Shown here: positions 1 to 7,858 of the stretch, piece by piece
Layout of the letters: every line of letters starts with the position of its first letter
Numbering within the stretch: the stretch's first letter is position 1
Program-made: the position numbers and the translations under genes
Assembly: GCA_039024555.1 (NCBI GenBank)
Contig: JBCCQQ010000086.1
Span: forward strand, 1 to 20,172
DNA from: Cyanobacteria bacterium P01_D01_bin.156
GTDB taxonomy: Bacteria; Cyanobacteriota; Cyanobacteriia; Phormidesmidales; Phormidesmidaceae
Length of the DNA stretch: 20,172 bases
Reading direction: 5' to 3'
Notes under the pieces: model-generated
Seen by the model: the letters and a program-made list of their open reading frames with translations, nothing else
Database searches by the model: none
Told to the model about the DNA's origin: nothing

Positions 1-192
1 TCAGCAGCGGGACCCGTGGGAGCCTTTTGTCTTTTCCATGGCTTCCTACAAACGTCGCAAACTCAATCAGCATCTGATGGACAGGTTTATTCGCAACTTA
101 GACTTAGACGAGACTTTGATTAAATCACACCCCAACTATTCCAGCCTTTGTGACTACGGGGTTCTCGTCTCCTAATGCTGTCCGGAGTATTG
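1..192 (+). mobile_element. Right end of an insertion sequence (transposase 3' end plus probable terminal inverted repeat CTGTCCGGAGTATTG at 178-192)
   Basis: Frame +2 is open from the window edge to TAA at 173-175 and is followed within 3 nt by CTGTCCGGAGTATTG, which resembles a cyanobacterial IS terminus as I recall it. The left end is outside the window, so the repeat cannot be confirmed. Confidence 0.6.
2..175 (+). CDS. DDE transposase, C-terminal fragment (partial; family uncertain)
   Basis: Manual translation: QQRDPWEPFVFSMASYKRRKLNQHLMDRFIRNLDLDETLIKSHPNYSSLCDYGVLVS*. The FSMASYKRR...IKSHPNY..LC.YG tail resembles cyanobacterial transposase C-termini. Not in the ORF track because it has no start in the window. 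Confidence 0.65.
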   Translation, partial: QQRDPWEPFVFSMASYKRRKLNQHLMDRFIRNLDLDETLIKSHPNYSSLCDYGVLVS

Positions 193-278
193 ACATAAGA
201 GAGATTTAATAAAAACGTCAGTATGGTCCAATACGCAAAAATGCCCCAGTGTCAGACCTAGCTTCTCCAAGGTTCGCT

Positions 279-863
279 TCAGTAAATCTTCTTTTCCTCA
301 ATTGTTAAGGAAAATCCAGGCAACACATCTTCTCCTGAGACTGTTGTCGGAAATTGCATTACTTCTACCGTTTGTCCAGCTCGATAAATCTCAACAGTTT
401 TTCCTTGAGGATTAATCAAAAAGCCGAGGCGTAAACCGCTATCGAGGTACTCTTTCATTTTTTCTTGAAGCGGCTTTAGTCGGTCACTTTGAGAACGTAA
501 CTCAATAACAAAATCTGGACAAATGGGTGGAAATTTTGTTCGCTGCTCTGGAGTCAACGCGTTCCATCGTTCTGACTGAACCCAGGCTGCATCCGGAGAG
601 CGATCTCCCCCATTAGGTAAATTGAAAATCGTTGAGGAATTAAATACTTCACCCAAACCTGTTTGACGATTCCAAATACCTAAATCGATGATGTAGTTTG
701 CTTCTTGTCTACCGCTTTCACCACCGACTGGGGACATGATAATTAGCTTTCCGGCTGAACTCCGTTCCATGGCAATATCTTTATTTGCCATGCATAGTTT
801 GTAGAACTGTTCATGGTTCAGTTCCTCGACTAACGGTTCTAAGTTGAGATTGATGGCAGTCAT
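279..863 (-). CDS. Uma2 family (DUF820) PD-(D/E)xK endonuclease
   Basis: 194 aa with typical motifs ERSSAGKLIIMSP, RSPDAAWV, FPPICPDFVIELRSQSD, LQEKMKEY..SGLRLGFLINP, GEDVLPGF. Confidence 0.93.
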   Translation of the reverse strand: MTAINLNLEPLVEELNHEQFYKLCMANKDIAMERSSAGKLIIMSPVGGESGRQEANYIIDLGIWNRQTGLGEVFNSSTIFNLPNGGDRSPDAAWVQSERWNALTPEQRTKFPPICPDFVIELRSQSDRLKPLQEKMKEYLDSGLRLGFLINPQGKTVEIYRAGQTVEVMQFPTTVSGEDVLPGFSLTIEEKKIY

Positions 864-946
864 CGCAGGTGAGCCAATCTATCCGTACCACCTCATTCTA
901 GGTGGTCAGACTTACTTTGGCGTGCTAATCCTTGGATGATATTCGC

Positions 947-2008
947 TTATTGAAACCCTCGCCCTCGATTGGCCGGTTTCCAAATCAGGATTTCTCCCTG
1001 ATCGCCGCCTGCGGCTAGATAGGTACCCTGGGGATGCCAAGCTAACGCTGAGAAACCGGAAGCCACACCTTTCAGAGTTTGTTGTAATGATTTAGCCTTG
1101 TGCCATAGACAGAGCTGACCATCTTGGGCCGCTGAAGCAAGCAGTCGAGTGGTGGGATGGAATGAGATCGCAACCACCGTCCCACGATGTTTTTCCAAGA
1201 CTCGATTTTCCCAGCCTTTCTCCTGTCGCTGCCATACCGTCACCGCTTCCAAACAGGCCGCAGCTATCATTGAGGGCTGCTTTTCCATGGGTGCAGCCCA
1301 GGTTACCTGCCGCACCTTGCCCGGAAACCCCTGCATCAGCCAGGGGGGCGGATTTCCCCAAGACACCACGGTTAACGTACGATCCAGATTACCCGATGCC
1401 AAATATCGACCATCTAAAGACCAGGCCACATCAATGCTGGCCCCCGGCACCTCAGCAAACTCAGGCTCAGCATCCCAGTCAACACTTTGCCACACCTTTA
1501 CCCCCGTATGGCCGCTAGCCGCCAGCAACGTACCGTCAGGATGCCATGCTAGGGACAGCACAGAAGATTCTTTAAAGTTTAGACTGGCCAGGGTTTGTGC
1601 ACCCTTGCAGTCCCACACTTGGAGCTGATTCCCCGTACCAAAGGCCAACCAGGAATTGTCTGGATGCCATGCCAGCTGATTAATCCAATGGGGAGAGTGT
1701 TGCAACACCGTTGGCGCCCGATCTAACATAGTTACCTGCCAGATAAATACCTCTCCCCGCTGCCCTGCTGCCACTAAATATTGGCCATTGCCAGAAAATT
1801 CCAGACAGTCAATGGCACTATCCGCTTGGGCAGACAGTAACAAAGTCAGGCCTGTTTCCGTCCAAATAACAACTTCGCCACTGGCAGATGCTGCGACTAA
1901 AGAATCTCTCTCAGAAGACCATGCTAACGCAGTAATATAGTCACCCAGTGCTCCTTTCCAGTGCACCTTGAAGGCATCTGTACGGGAACGACTTTTACGT
2001 ACGGCCAT
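947..2008 (-). CDS. WD40-repeat beta-propeller protein
   Basis: 353 aa with repeated blades such as LAWHPDGTLLAASG, VAWSLDGRYLASGNLD, ISFHPTTRLLASAAQDGQLCLW, LAWHPQGTYLAAGGDQGEILIW. Confidence 0.92.
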   Translation of the reverse strand: MAVRKSRSRTDAFKVHWKGALGDYITALAWSSERDSLVAASASGEVVIWTETGLTLLLSAQADSAIDCLEFSGNGQYLVAAGQRGEVFIWQVTMLDRAPTVLQHSPHWINQLAWHPDNSWLAFGTGNQLQVWDCKGAQTLASLNFKESSVLSLAWHPDGTLLAASGHTGVKVWQSVDWDAEPEFAEVPGASIDVAWSLDGRYLASGNLDRTLTVVSWGNPPPWLMQGFPGKVRQVTWAAPMEKQPSMIAAACLEAVTVWQRQEKGWENRVLEKHRGTVVAISFHPTTRLLASAAQDGQLCLWHKAKSLQQTLKGVASGFSALAWHPQGTYLAAGGDQGEILIWKPANRGRGFQ

Positions 2009-2201
2009 AAGATTATTAGCCCCAATCAGCTATCAAATATCGAAATCCCTCTTCTCAATTCTGAAGATGGCAAAACTCAAAGCTCCCAAAATTGGCAGGT
2101 GAATTAATCATTAAGAGAATATCCTGCTAAGAATGCTATGCCAGTAACTTGAAAGGTTATCGAGGCCCCCTTCCGTCCCCCAATACTGGGGAAGACTATC
2201 T

Positions 2202-2232
2202 TCAAAGCCTCCAAAATTAGGGGTTTGGGGGC
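2202..2232. repeat. Small dispersed G/C-run repeat, copy 1 (partial further copy at 2077-2095)
   Basis: TCAAAGCCTCCAAAATTAGGGGTTTGGGGGC matches 5017-5047 at 26/31 positions. TCAAAGCTCCCAAAATTGG at 2077-2095 matches its 5' half. Confidence 0.65.
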
Positions 2233-2280
2233 TGAACACCCTTAAGCCACAATAAATCACCTTCCAGAATTAGAAAAATA

Positions 2281-2390
2281 TAAGGAATCAGTATTTAATA
2301 ACGTCCATAATTTTGCTTAAAGCAAAGTAAGATATTCTGTCCCCTCCGGGGAGGGGATAAATCGGTACATTATTAAATTGCCGATCCTAA
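2281..2390. repeat. Degenerate MITE-like inverted-repeat element with internal hairpins
   Basis: The left arm TAAGGAATCAGTATTTAATAACGTCC (2281-2306) is an imperfect reverse complement of 2364-2390 (shared core ATTTAATAA). Internal hairpins: TCCCCTCC-GG-GGAGGGGA (2340-2357) and TTTGCTT-A-AAGCAAA (2312-2326). Confidence 0.45.
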
Positions 2391-2433
2391 GCAACCCATC
2401 AAACAGTCCGCCTACATCCCATAAAGAATAGGC

Positions 2434-3417
2434 TTAACTAGCCACCAAACAAGACCGAAACCCTTCCCTGAGCTCAGCCTCATTAAGATCGCGACCAATA
2501 AACACGAGCTCACTCTTACGGGTCTCCGATGGTTTCCAAGGACGCTCTGCCTTACCATCAAAAATCATATGCACACCCTGAAAAACAAAGCGATTGTCTT
2601 CTCCTTGAATATTGAGAATCCCCTTCATGCGAAAAATGTCAGGCCCTTTCGTCTGCAACAGTTCTGACATCCAGGTATTCAGTTTCTCCTTATCTAATTC
2701 TCCATTTTCCACAAACGCTAGGGAGTAAACCGATTCATCATGCTCGTGGGCATCTTCATCCAAAAACTCGGGATCAATTTCCAGGGCACGATCCAAATCA
2801 AACGCCCGTACTCCCAGAATAGAGTCCATCTGCAATTGAGAATTTTGGGTGCGATAAATCTTCACCAGGGCATTCATGTCACGAATCTTGCTCTCCAGGC
2901 TATCTAGTTCCTCGGGGGTAACCAGATCTACCTTGTTGAGTAAAATCACATCGGCAAAGGCAATTTGCTCCTGGGCTTCATCGCTATCCCAATGTTGGTG
3001 AATGTGCTTAGCATCTACCACGGTTACCACAGCATCCAACAACAGCTGCGACTGGATATCCTCATCTACAAAAAAGGTTTGAATCACCGGAGCCGGATCC
3101 GCTAACCCCGTTGTTTCGATTACCAGGTGGTCAAACTTATCGCGCCGCCGCATCAGATTACCAATGATGCGGATTAAGTCGCCTCGCACGGTACAACAAA
3201 TGCAGCCGTTGTTCATCTCAAAGATTTCTTCATCAGCATCGATTACCAGCTGATTGTCAATGCCCACCTCTCCAAATTCATTTACGATCACAGCCACCTT
3301 TTTACCATGTTCGTGGGTAAGAATATTGTTGAGCAATGTGGTCTTTCCCGCCCCTAAGTATCCCGTCAGTACGGTAACAGGAACAGTCGTTAATGCGTCG
3401 GGAGCTGCGGTGACCAT
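2434..3417 (-). CDS. COG0523/CobW-family G3E GTPase metallochaperone
   Basis: Walker A GYLGAGKT, IVNEFGE, metal-binding GCICC (CxCC), ETTGLADP, NKVD (G4), short His/acidic linker DEDAHEHDE, and a CobW_C-like tail (FRMKG...FQGVH...LVFIGR). Confidence 0.95.
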   Translation of the reverse strand: MVTAAPDALTTVPVTVLTGYLGAGKTTLLNNILTHEHGKKVAVIVNEFGEVGIDNQLVIDADEEIFEMNNGCICCTVRGDLIRIIGNLMRRRDKFDHLVIETTGLADPAPVIQTFFVDEDIQSQLLLDAVVTVVDAKHIHQHWDSDEAQEQIAFADVILLNKVDLVTPEELDSLESKIRDMNALVKIYRTQNSQLQMDSILGVRAFDLDRALEIDPEFLDEDAHEHDESVYSLAFVENGELDKEKLNTWMSELLQTKGPDIFRMKGILNIQGEDNRFVFQGVHMIFDGKAERPWKPSETRKSELVFIGRDLNEAELREGFRSCLVAS

Positions 3418-3547
3418 GAAGCAATTTTCCTAAAAATATGCACTGCCTACGATTATGAGAAGTGCATACCAGTAGATATGTTCACCGTAAACAAAACGAT
3501 CTATCTATTTAAAAAGCTTAAAACTAAACGCCCTTAAAGCTCCTTAG

Positions 3548-3832
3548 TCATGAGTCACAACAGTCTGTTGTGACTTTTTTAGTTAACGTCTGCACGATAT
3601 CATCCGCCGTAATCTCACTTGCCGGTTGGTGAATCTTATAGGTTTGGGGAGGCTGTGTCATGATGGCAATCACTGTTTCCAACGGTGGACATCCTGGCTC
3701 TGTACAGGTCAACTGACTAATGGAGAGGGGAACCCCTTCATCCAAAGACAATGTCTGATACACCCAGCCTTTAAGCTGTTTTAACTGTTCTAGAGAGATT
3801 TTAGTCGATGGGGAAGAATCAAATAGACCCAT
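3548..3832 (-). CDS. Small hypothetical protein with CxEPGCPP(L)ET motif and C-terminal CC
   Basis: 94-aa ORF starting 14 nt after the trtA stop, same strand. Contains CTEPGCPPLETVI and ends DCCDS. Confidence 0.8.
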   Translation of the reverse strand: MGLFDSSPSTKISLEQLKQLKGWVYQTLSLDEGVPLSISQLTCTEPGCPPLETVIAIMTQPPQTYKIHQPASEITADDIVQTLTKKVTTDCCDS

Positions 3833-3846
3833 GGTTCAACTGATAT

Positions 3847-4527
3847 TCAACTAACAACGGAAATCGGAGCCAGTGCTGACATCACCTGCTGTGCTGTGGC
3901 AGTCCATCCTACAATACCGCCTTGGGCACGAACCATATCGAGGGTGGCCTGTTTAAATTCTGGAAAATAACTTTCGGTGGCATCCTCCACCAGGAGACAT
4001 TCGTAACCCCGATCGTTGGCTTCGCGCATGGTGGTCTGCACACATACTTCGGTGGTCACTCCCGTAAAAATTAGATGGGTAATGTGGCGCGATCGCAACA
4101 TATCATCGAGTCCCGTATGATAAAACGCCCCCTTACCGGGCTTAGCAATCACCAGCTCATCGCCGTGGGGTTCTAGCTCTGGAATAATGCCGTTCCCCGG
4201 CTCCCCCAGCACCAAAATTCGGCCCATGGGTCCCTCGTCCCCAATCTTTAATGCACCCCGTCCTCGCTCTCGCTTTGACAATGGACAGTCCCTTAAATCT
4301 GCTCGATGCCCTTCCTGGGTATGAATTACCGTTAGCTCCAGCTTTCTAAACATCTGCAACAACTGTTGTACCGTGGGCACAATTGCCTGCAATTGAGAAA
4401 CATCATTACCCAAAGCCTCACCAAACCCCCCTGACTCCAGAAAATCCCGCTGCATGTCGATAACGACCAGGGCAAGCCCCTCCACGGGGAACTCATAATC
4501 GTAGGGCTGAGCAACAATCACCGGCAT
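3847..4527 (-). CDS. trtA: Triuret hydrolase (isochorismatase-like cysteine hydrolase)
   Basis: D-K-C triad (IDMQ, KPGKG, EVC). Shows TrtA-type rather than BiuH-type residues: [10 protein letters not shown] (F/L/N), TTEVC (E), ESYF (Y), GGIVG (I). Confidence 0.82.
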   Translation of the reverse strand: MPVIVAQPYDYEFPVEGLALVVIDMQRDFLESGGFGEALGNDVSQLQAIVPTVQQLLQMFRKLELTVIHTQEGHRADLRDCPLSKRERGRGALKIGDEGPMGRILVLGEPGNGIIPELEPHGDELVIAKPGKGAFYHTGLDDMLRSRHITHLIFTGVTTEVCVQTTMREANDRGYECLLVEDATESYFPEFKQATLDMVRAQGGIVGWTATAQQVMSALAPISVVS

Positions 4528-4530
4528 TAA

Positions 4531-4875
4531 TCAAACTTCCCCCTTGATAACAACAGGTTTTTCCCAAATAATCAGCACAATGCATCCCTCATCGCTGGCG
4601 ACGGCGTGGCTGGTATTAGGTGGATTGATCACCAAAGTACCTGCACTATGCTTCCCCTGGTGATCTTGCTGTGCTCCTGAGAGTACAAGAATGTGTTCAT
4701 AGCCGCTGTGATCATGGTCAGGTACGGTAGCCCCCGGCTCGTATTTTAATAACGCCGCTGCCGGACCTCGTTGGCCATCTCCATAGAGACGATGAATCTC
4801 AATGCCGGGACGAAACCGCTCCCACGACAGTTGTTCTGGATGCTCTGCAATGGAGAACACATCAGATAAAATCAC
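4531..4875 (-). CDS. ChrR-like cupin (Cupin_7) protein
   Basis: GTG start. Cupin motifs ALLKYEPGATVPDHDHSGYEHILVLSG and NPPNTSHAVAS. Stop lies 3 nt upstream of the trtA ATG. Confidence 0.88.
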   Translation of the reverse strand: MILSDVFSIAEHPEQLSWERFRPGIEIHRLYGDGQRGPAAALLKYEPGATVPDHDHSGYEHILVLSGAQQDHQGKHSAGTLVINPPNTSHAVASDEGCIVLIIWEKPVVIKGEV

Positions 4876-5016
4876 TTAACCTATGCCCCAGCTGACGTTA
4901 GCAACACATACTACACTAATTACTGATTTCCAATGCCCATTGAACATTCTGAGTTTTAAGGCATTTCCTTGAAAGACTACTTTGGTCGAAGCTCCTCAAT
5001 CCTAAAAGGGATAGGC

Positions 5017-5047
5017 TCAAAGCCCCCATAATTGGGAGTTTGGAGGC
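5017..5047. repeat. Small dispersed G/C-run repeat, copy 2
   Basis: TCAAAGCCCCCATAATTGGGAGTTTGGAGGC, 26/31 identical to 2202-2232; intergenic between the ABC ATPase and the cupin. Confidence 0.65.
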
Positions 5048-5100
5048 CTAGACAAGCAGGGAGCCCTTTTCTAGCAATGTCCTGACATGTGTACTACCTC

Positions 5101-6642
5101 CTAATGACCTGCCATGCGCTGACCGATGAGACTAAGATCAGCCTGGGAAATCTCACTTTCATAGACAAATTTACCCTCGCTAATCACAAAAATCCGATCG
5201 GCCAGAGCCAACAGTTCATCCAAATCTTCACTCACCAGCAAAACCGCCACGCCACGGTTACGGGCAGCCACAATGGCATTATGGATAAAATCGACCGCTG
5301 CAAAATCTAGACCAAAACAAGGATTCGCTGCAATCAACAGTTTTACTGACGTCGCTGACAGCTCCCTTGCTAATATGGTGCGCTGTACATTCCCCCCCGA
5401 TAAATGTCCCACTGGGGTTTCCACCGTGGGTGTTTTAACCGAAAATGTTGTTACCAATCCTTGGGCCATCTGCCGCATAGCCTTAAGTATCAGCAACCAG
5501 TTCCACTTAGCTTGGGGAGGACGGTCAAATGTACGCAGTGCCATATTTTCCGCCACACTCATGGTGGGCACACAGGCATTGCGCAGGGGTTCTTCCGGCA
5601 GGGCATAGACCTGGTGCTTAAACATCTCTGCCCGTGTAGCTTGGTAGGTTTCACCATTGACCTGAATCTCTCCAGCAGTAGGTAGGCGCTGTCCAGCTAG
5701 TACTTCGACGAGTTCTTTTTGACCATTGCCCGACACTCCGGCAATACCGACAATTTCTCCACCGTGCACCGTTAGGTTAATGCCATCCACCGCCGGGAGC
5801 CCATTATCTCGATTGGCATGGATATCGGTAATCGCCAGAACAGGCACGTTAGCTGCTGTCTCAGTTTTGTTGACTGATTTTGTCTCACGGGACTTACCTA
5901 ACATCATTTGGGCAAGATCTTCCACAGACAGATCTTTAACCGCCCCCTGCCCAGCTAGTTTACCTTTTCGCAGCACAGTCACTTCATCGGTAAAGGCCTG
6001 CACTTCTCGAAATTTGTGGGTGATTAGCAGAATGCTCAGACTCCCTTTCACCACTTCAGCACGCAGCAACCCCAACACTTCATCCGCTTCCCCTGGTGTC
6101 AGCACTGAGGTGGGTTCATCCAAAATTAAGATTCGGCTTTTAAGATAAAGCTGCTTAAGAATCTCCAGCTTTTGCTTTTCTCCAGCCGACAGTTGGGTCA
6201 CCGGGGTGTGAAGATCCACCTTAAAAGGAGACTGATCAATAAATGTCTGCAGCTGTTGAGATTCTTGTTTCCAGTTAATAATCGATTGAGTATCGTAGCG
6301 GGCTAGCACTAAGTTCTCTGCCACAGTCATGGCGGGGACCGATGTAAAGTGCTGATACACCATACCGATGCCGTAGCTATGGGCATCCTTGGGGCTGTAG
6401 ATCGTCTGCTGTTGTTGGTCAATCAGTATCTGGCCGGAGGTGGGGCGATAAAAACCCATGACACACTTTACCAGAGTGCTTTTACCAGCACCGTTTTCCC
6501 CCAGCAGCGCATGGACCGTCCCCGGCTTTAGGGTCATCGACACGCTATCGAGGGCTGTAAAGCTGCCAAACCGCTTGGTCATGGCCACCACATCCAGCTG
6601 CGGGGGTGCCTGGACCAGGGTGGAAAGGGTTGCAGTGTCCAT
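5101..6642 (-). CDS. ABC transporter ATP-binding protein, double-NBD (CUT2/nucleoside-sugar type)
   Basis: NBD1: GENGAGKST, LSAGEKQ, ILDEPT. Degenerate NBD2: GVSGNGQKE, LSGGNVQR, LLVSEDLDE. Starts 3 nt after the biuH stop. Confidence 0.95.
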   Translation of the reverse strand: MDTATLSTLVQAPPQLDVVAMTKRFGSFTALDSVSMTLKPGTVHALLGENGAGKSTLVKCVMGFYRPTSGQILIDQQQQTIYSPKDAHSYGIGMVYQHFTSVPAMTVAENLVLARYDTQSIINWKQESQQLQTFIDQSPFKVDLHTPVTQLSAGEKQKLEILKQLYLKSRILILDEPTSVLTPGEADEVLGLLRAEVVKGSLSILLITHKFREVQAFTDEVTVLRKGKLAGQGAVKDLSVEDLAQMMLGKSRETKSVNKTETAANVPVLAITDIHANRDNGLPAVDGINLTVHGGEIVGIAGVSGNGQKELVEVLAGQRLPTAGEIQVNGETYQATRAEMFKHQVYALPEEPLRNACVPTMSVAENMALRTFDRPPQAKWNWLLILKAMRQMAQGLVTTFSVKTPTVETPVGHLSGGNVQRTILARELSATSVKLLIAANPCFGLDFAAVDFIHNAIVAARNRGVAVLLVSEDLDELLALADRIFVISEGKFVYESEISQADLSLIGQRMAGH

Positions 6643-6645
6643 AGG

Positions 6646-7329
6646 TTACGCCTTGATCGCCTCGATTAAATCGGGCGATGTGGCCACCGCACCAAACACT
6701 CCGCCCTGCATTTTGATCATTTTTAGCGCGGCCAAGTAGTTGCCGTAGTCGGTGGCTCCGGTGCAGTCCGAAAGCACCATACACTCATAGCCCCGGTCAT
6801 TGGCCTCCCGCATGGTGGTATGCACACACACATCGGTGGTAATGCCCGTGAGGATTAAATTTTGGATGCCTTTACGACGCAGTAAAAGGTCTAGATCTGT
6901 AGCGAAAAACGCCCCCTTACCCGGTTTATCAATCACCGTTTCCCCTGAAATAGGCGCTAGTTCAGGAATAATTTCCCAGCCTGCTTCCCCCCGCACCAGA
7001 ATACGACCACAGGGACCTGGGTCACCAATACCCGCTCCAATTTGTTGAGATCGCCACTGCTTATTTTCCGGCAAATCCGATAGATCGGGGCGGTGGCCTT
7101 CACGGGTGTGCAAAATTACATAGCCCAGTTCTCGCATTACGGCTAGCAACTTTTGCAGCGGTTCAATGGGCGCACGGGTTAGGGATAGGTCGTACCCCAT
7201 TTTGTCCACATAGCCCCCTTTTCCACAAAAGTCCGTTTGCATATCAATCACGATCAGCGCCGTATTGTCAGGGCGCAGCTCGCCATTGTAAGGATATGGA
7301 TAGGGGTCTGAAGTTACGTAGCGTCCCAT
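6646..7329 (-). CDS. biuH: Biuret hydrolase (isochorismatase-like cysteine hydrolase)
   Basis: Closely resembles rhizobial BiuH as I recall it ([43 protein letters not shown]). D-K-C triad present. BiuH-type residues Y/M/Y (GGYVDKMGY), TTDVC (D), GATD (T), GGVFG (V). Confidence 0.9.
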   Translation of the reverse strand: MGRYVTSDPYPYPYNGELRPDNTALIVIDMQTDFCGKGGYVDKMGYDLSLTRAPIEPLQKLLAVMRELGYVILHTREGHRPDLSDLPENKQWRSQQIGAGIGDPGPCGRILVRGEAGWEIIPELAPISGETVIDKPGKGAFFATDLDLLLRRKGIQNLILTGITTDVCVHTTMREANDRGYECMVLSDCTGATDYGNYLAALKMIKMQGGVFGAVATSPDLIEAIKA

Positions 7330-7858
7330 AGATATCGCAGGTGTTCTAAAGCAGGGATACCATCTATATCTCTAACCAAAATGTTCGTAACGAACCAAGT
7401 CGTAATTCTTGACTTCAGGAACCCAGCCCTCAGGTATCCGTCCACAATTAAGCATGCGTATTATCGCGGTAGTCTTCAGGTGGCTTACCATCAGAGGTTT
7501 TCTAAGCCTTTGACAATATTCAGTAAATTCACAGCAGCTTCGTCACACACCTACAGTGCAAGAAGAAAACAAACTTGTATTAACGTCTGCCCTTGTCAGC
7601 CTGGGATTAATTAGTAGTTTTTTTGCCATGCTTTTCTTATTTGCCAATAGCCATAATATCCCCAGCATTAGGCTAAATACCGATGGCCAAAGCAGTGCTG
7701 TAGCGTTCTGAGTAACGGTCTTGTGTAGAACGCATTGGCTTGCTTATGTCAGCACGCCATCTACCTGTTTGCAACGAACCCAAGTTGCCAGTATTTAGGC
7801 TGCTATCCTGCCTCTTATAAAAATACTGCGTCTATGACGTACCAGAGGTAAAATAGGG

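Noticed and set aside
1092..1628. Alternative ORFs 1092-1361, 1149-1628 and 1162-1518
   Set aside because: They lie wholly within the WD40 gene in other frames or on the opposite strand, with no recognisable motifs.
3437..3468. Zur box upstream of the COG0523 gene
   Set aside because: An 8-bp inverted repeat (TATGCACT-N16-AGTGCATA) exists, but nothing matches TGATAATnATTATCA well. Function unsupported.
4332..7048. Many short overlapping ORFs across trtA, the ABC ATPase and biuH
   Set aside because: Shadow frames of well-supported genes.
7380..7510. Guanidine-I/II, glutamine or cobalamin riboswitch upstream of biuH
   Set aside because: The ACGA words are not in tetraloops of GC stems, and I could not find the conserved cores of the other classes.
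7381..7614. 77-aa plus-strand ORF in the biuH/TIR divergent spacer
   Set aside because: No RBS or domain evidence, and it overlaps the probable biuH promoter/leader.
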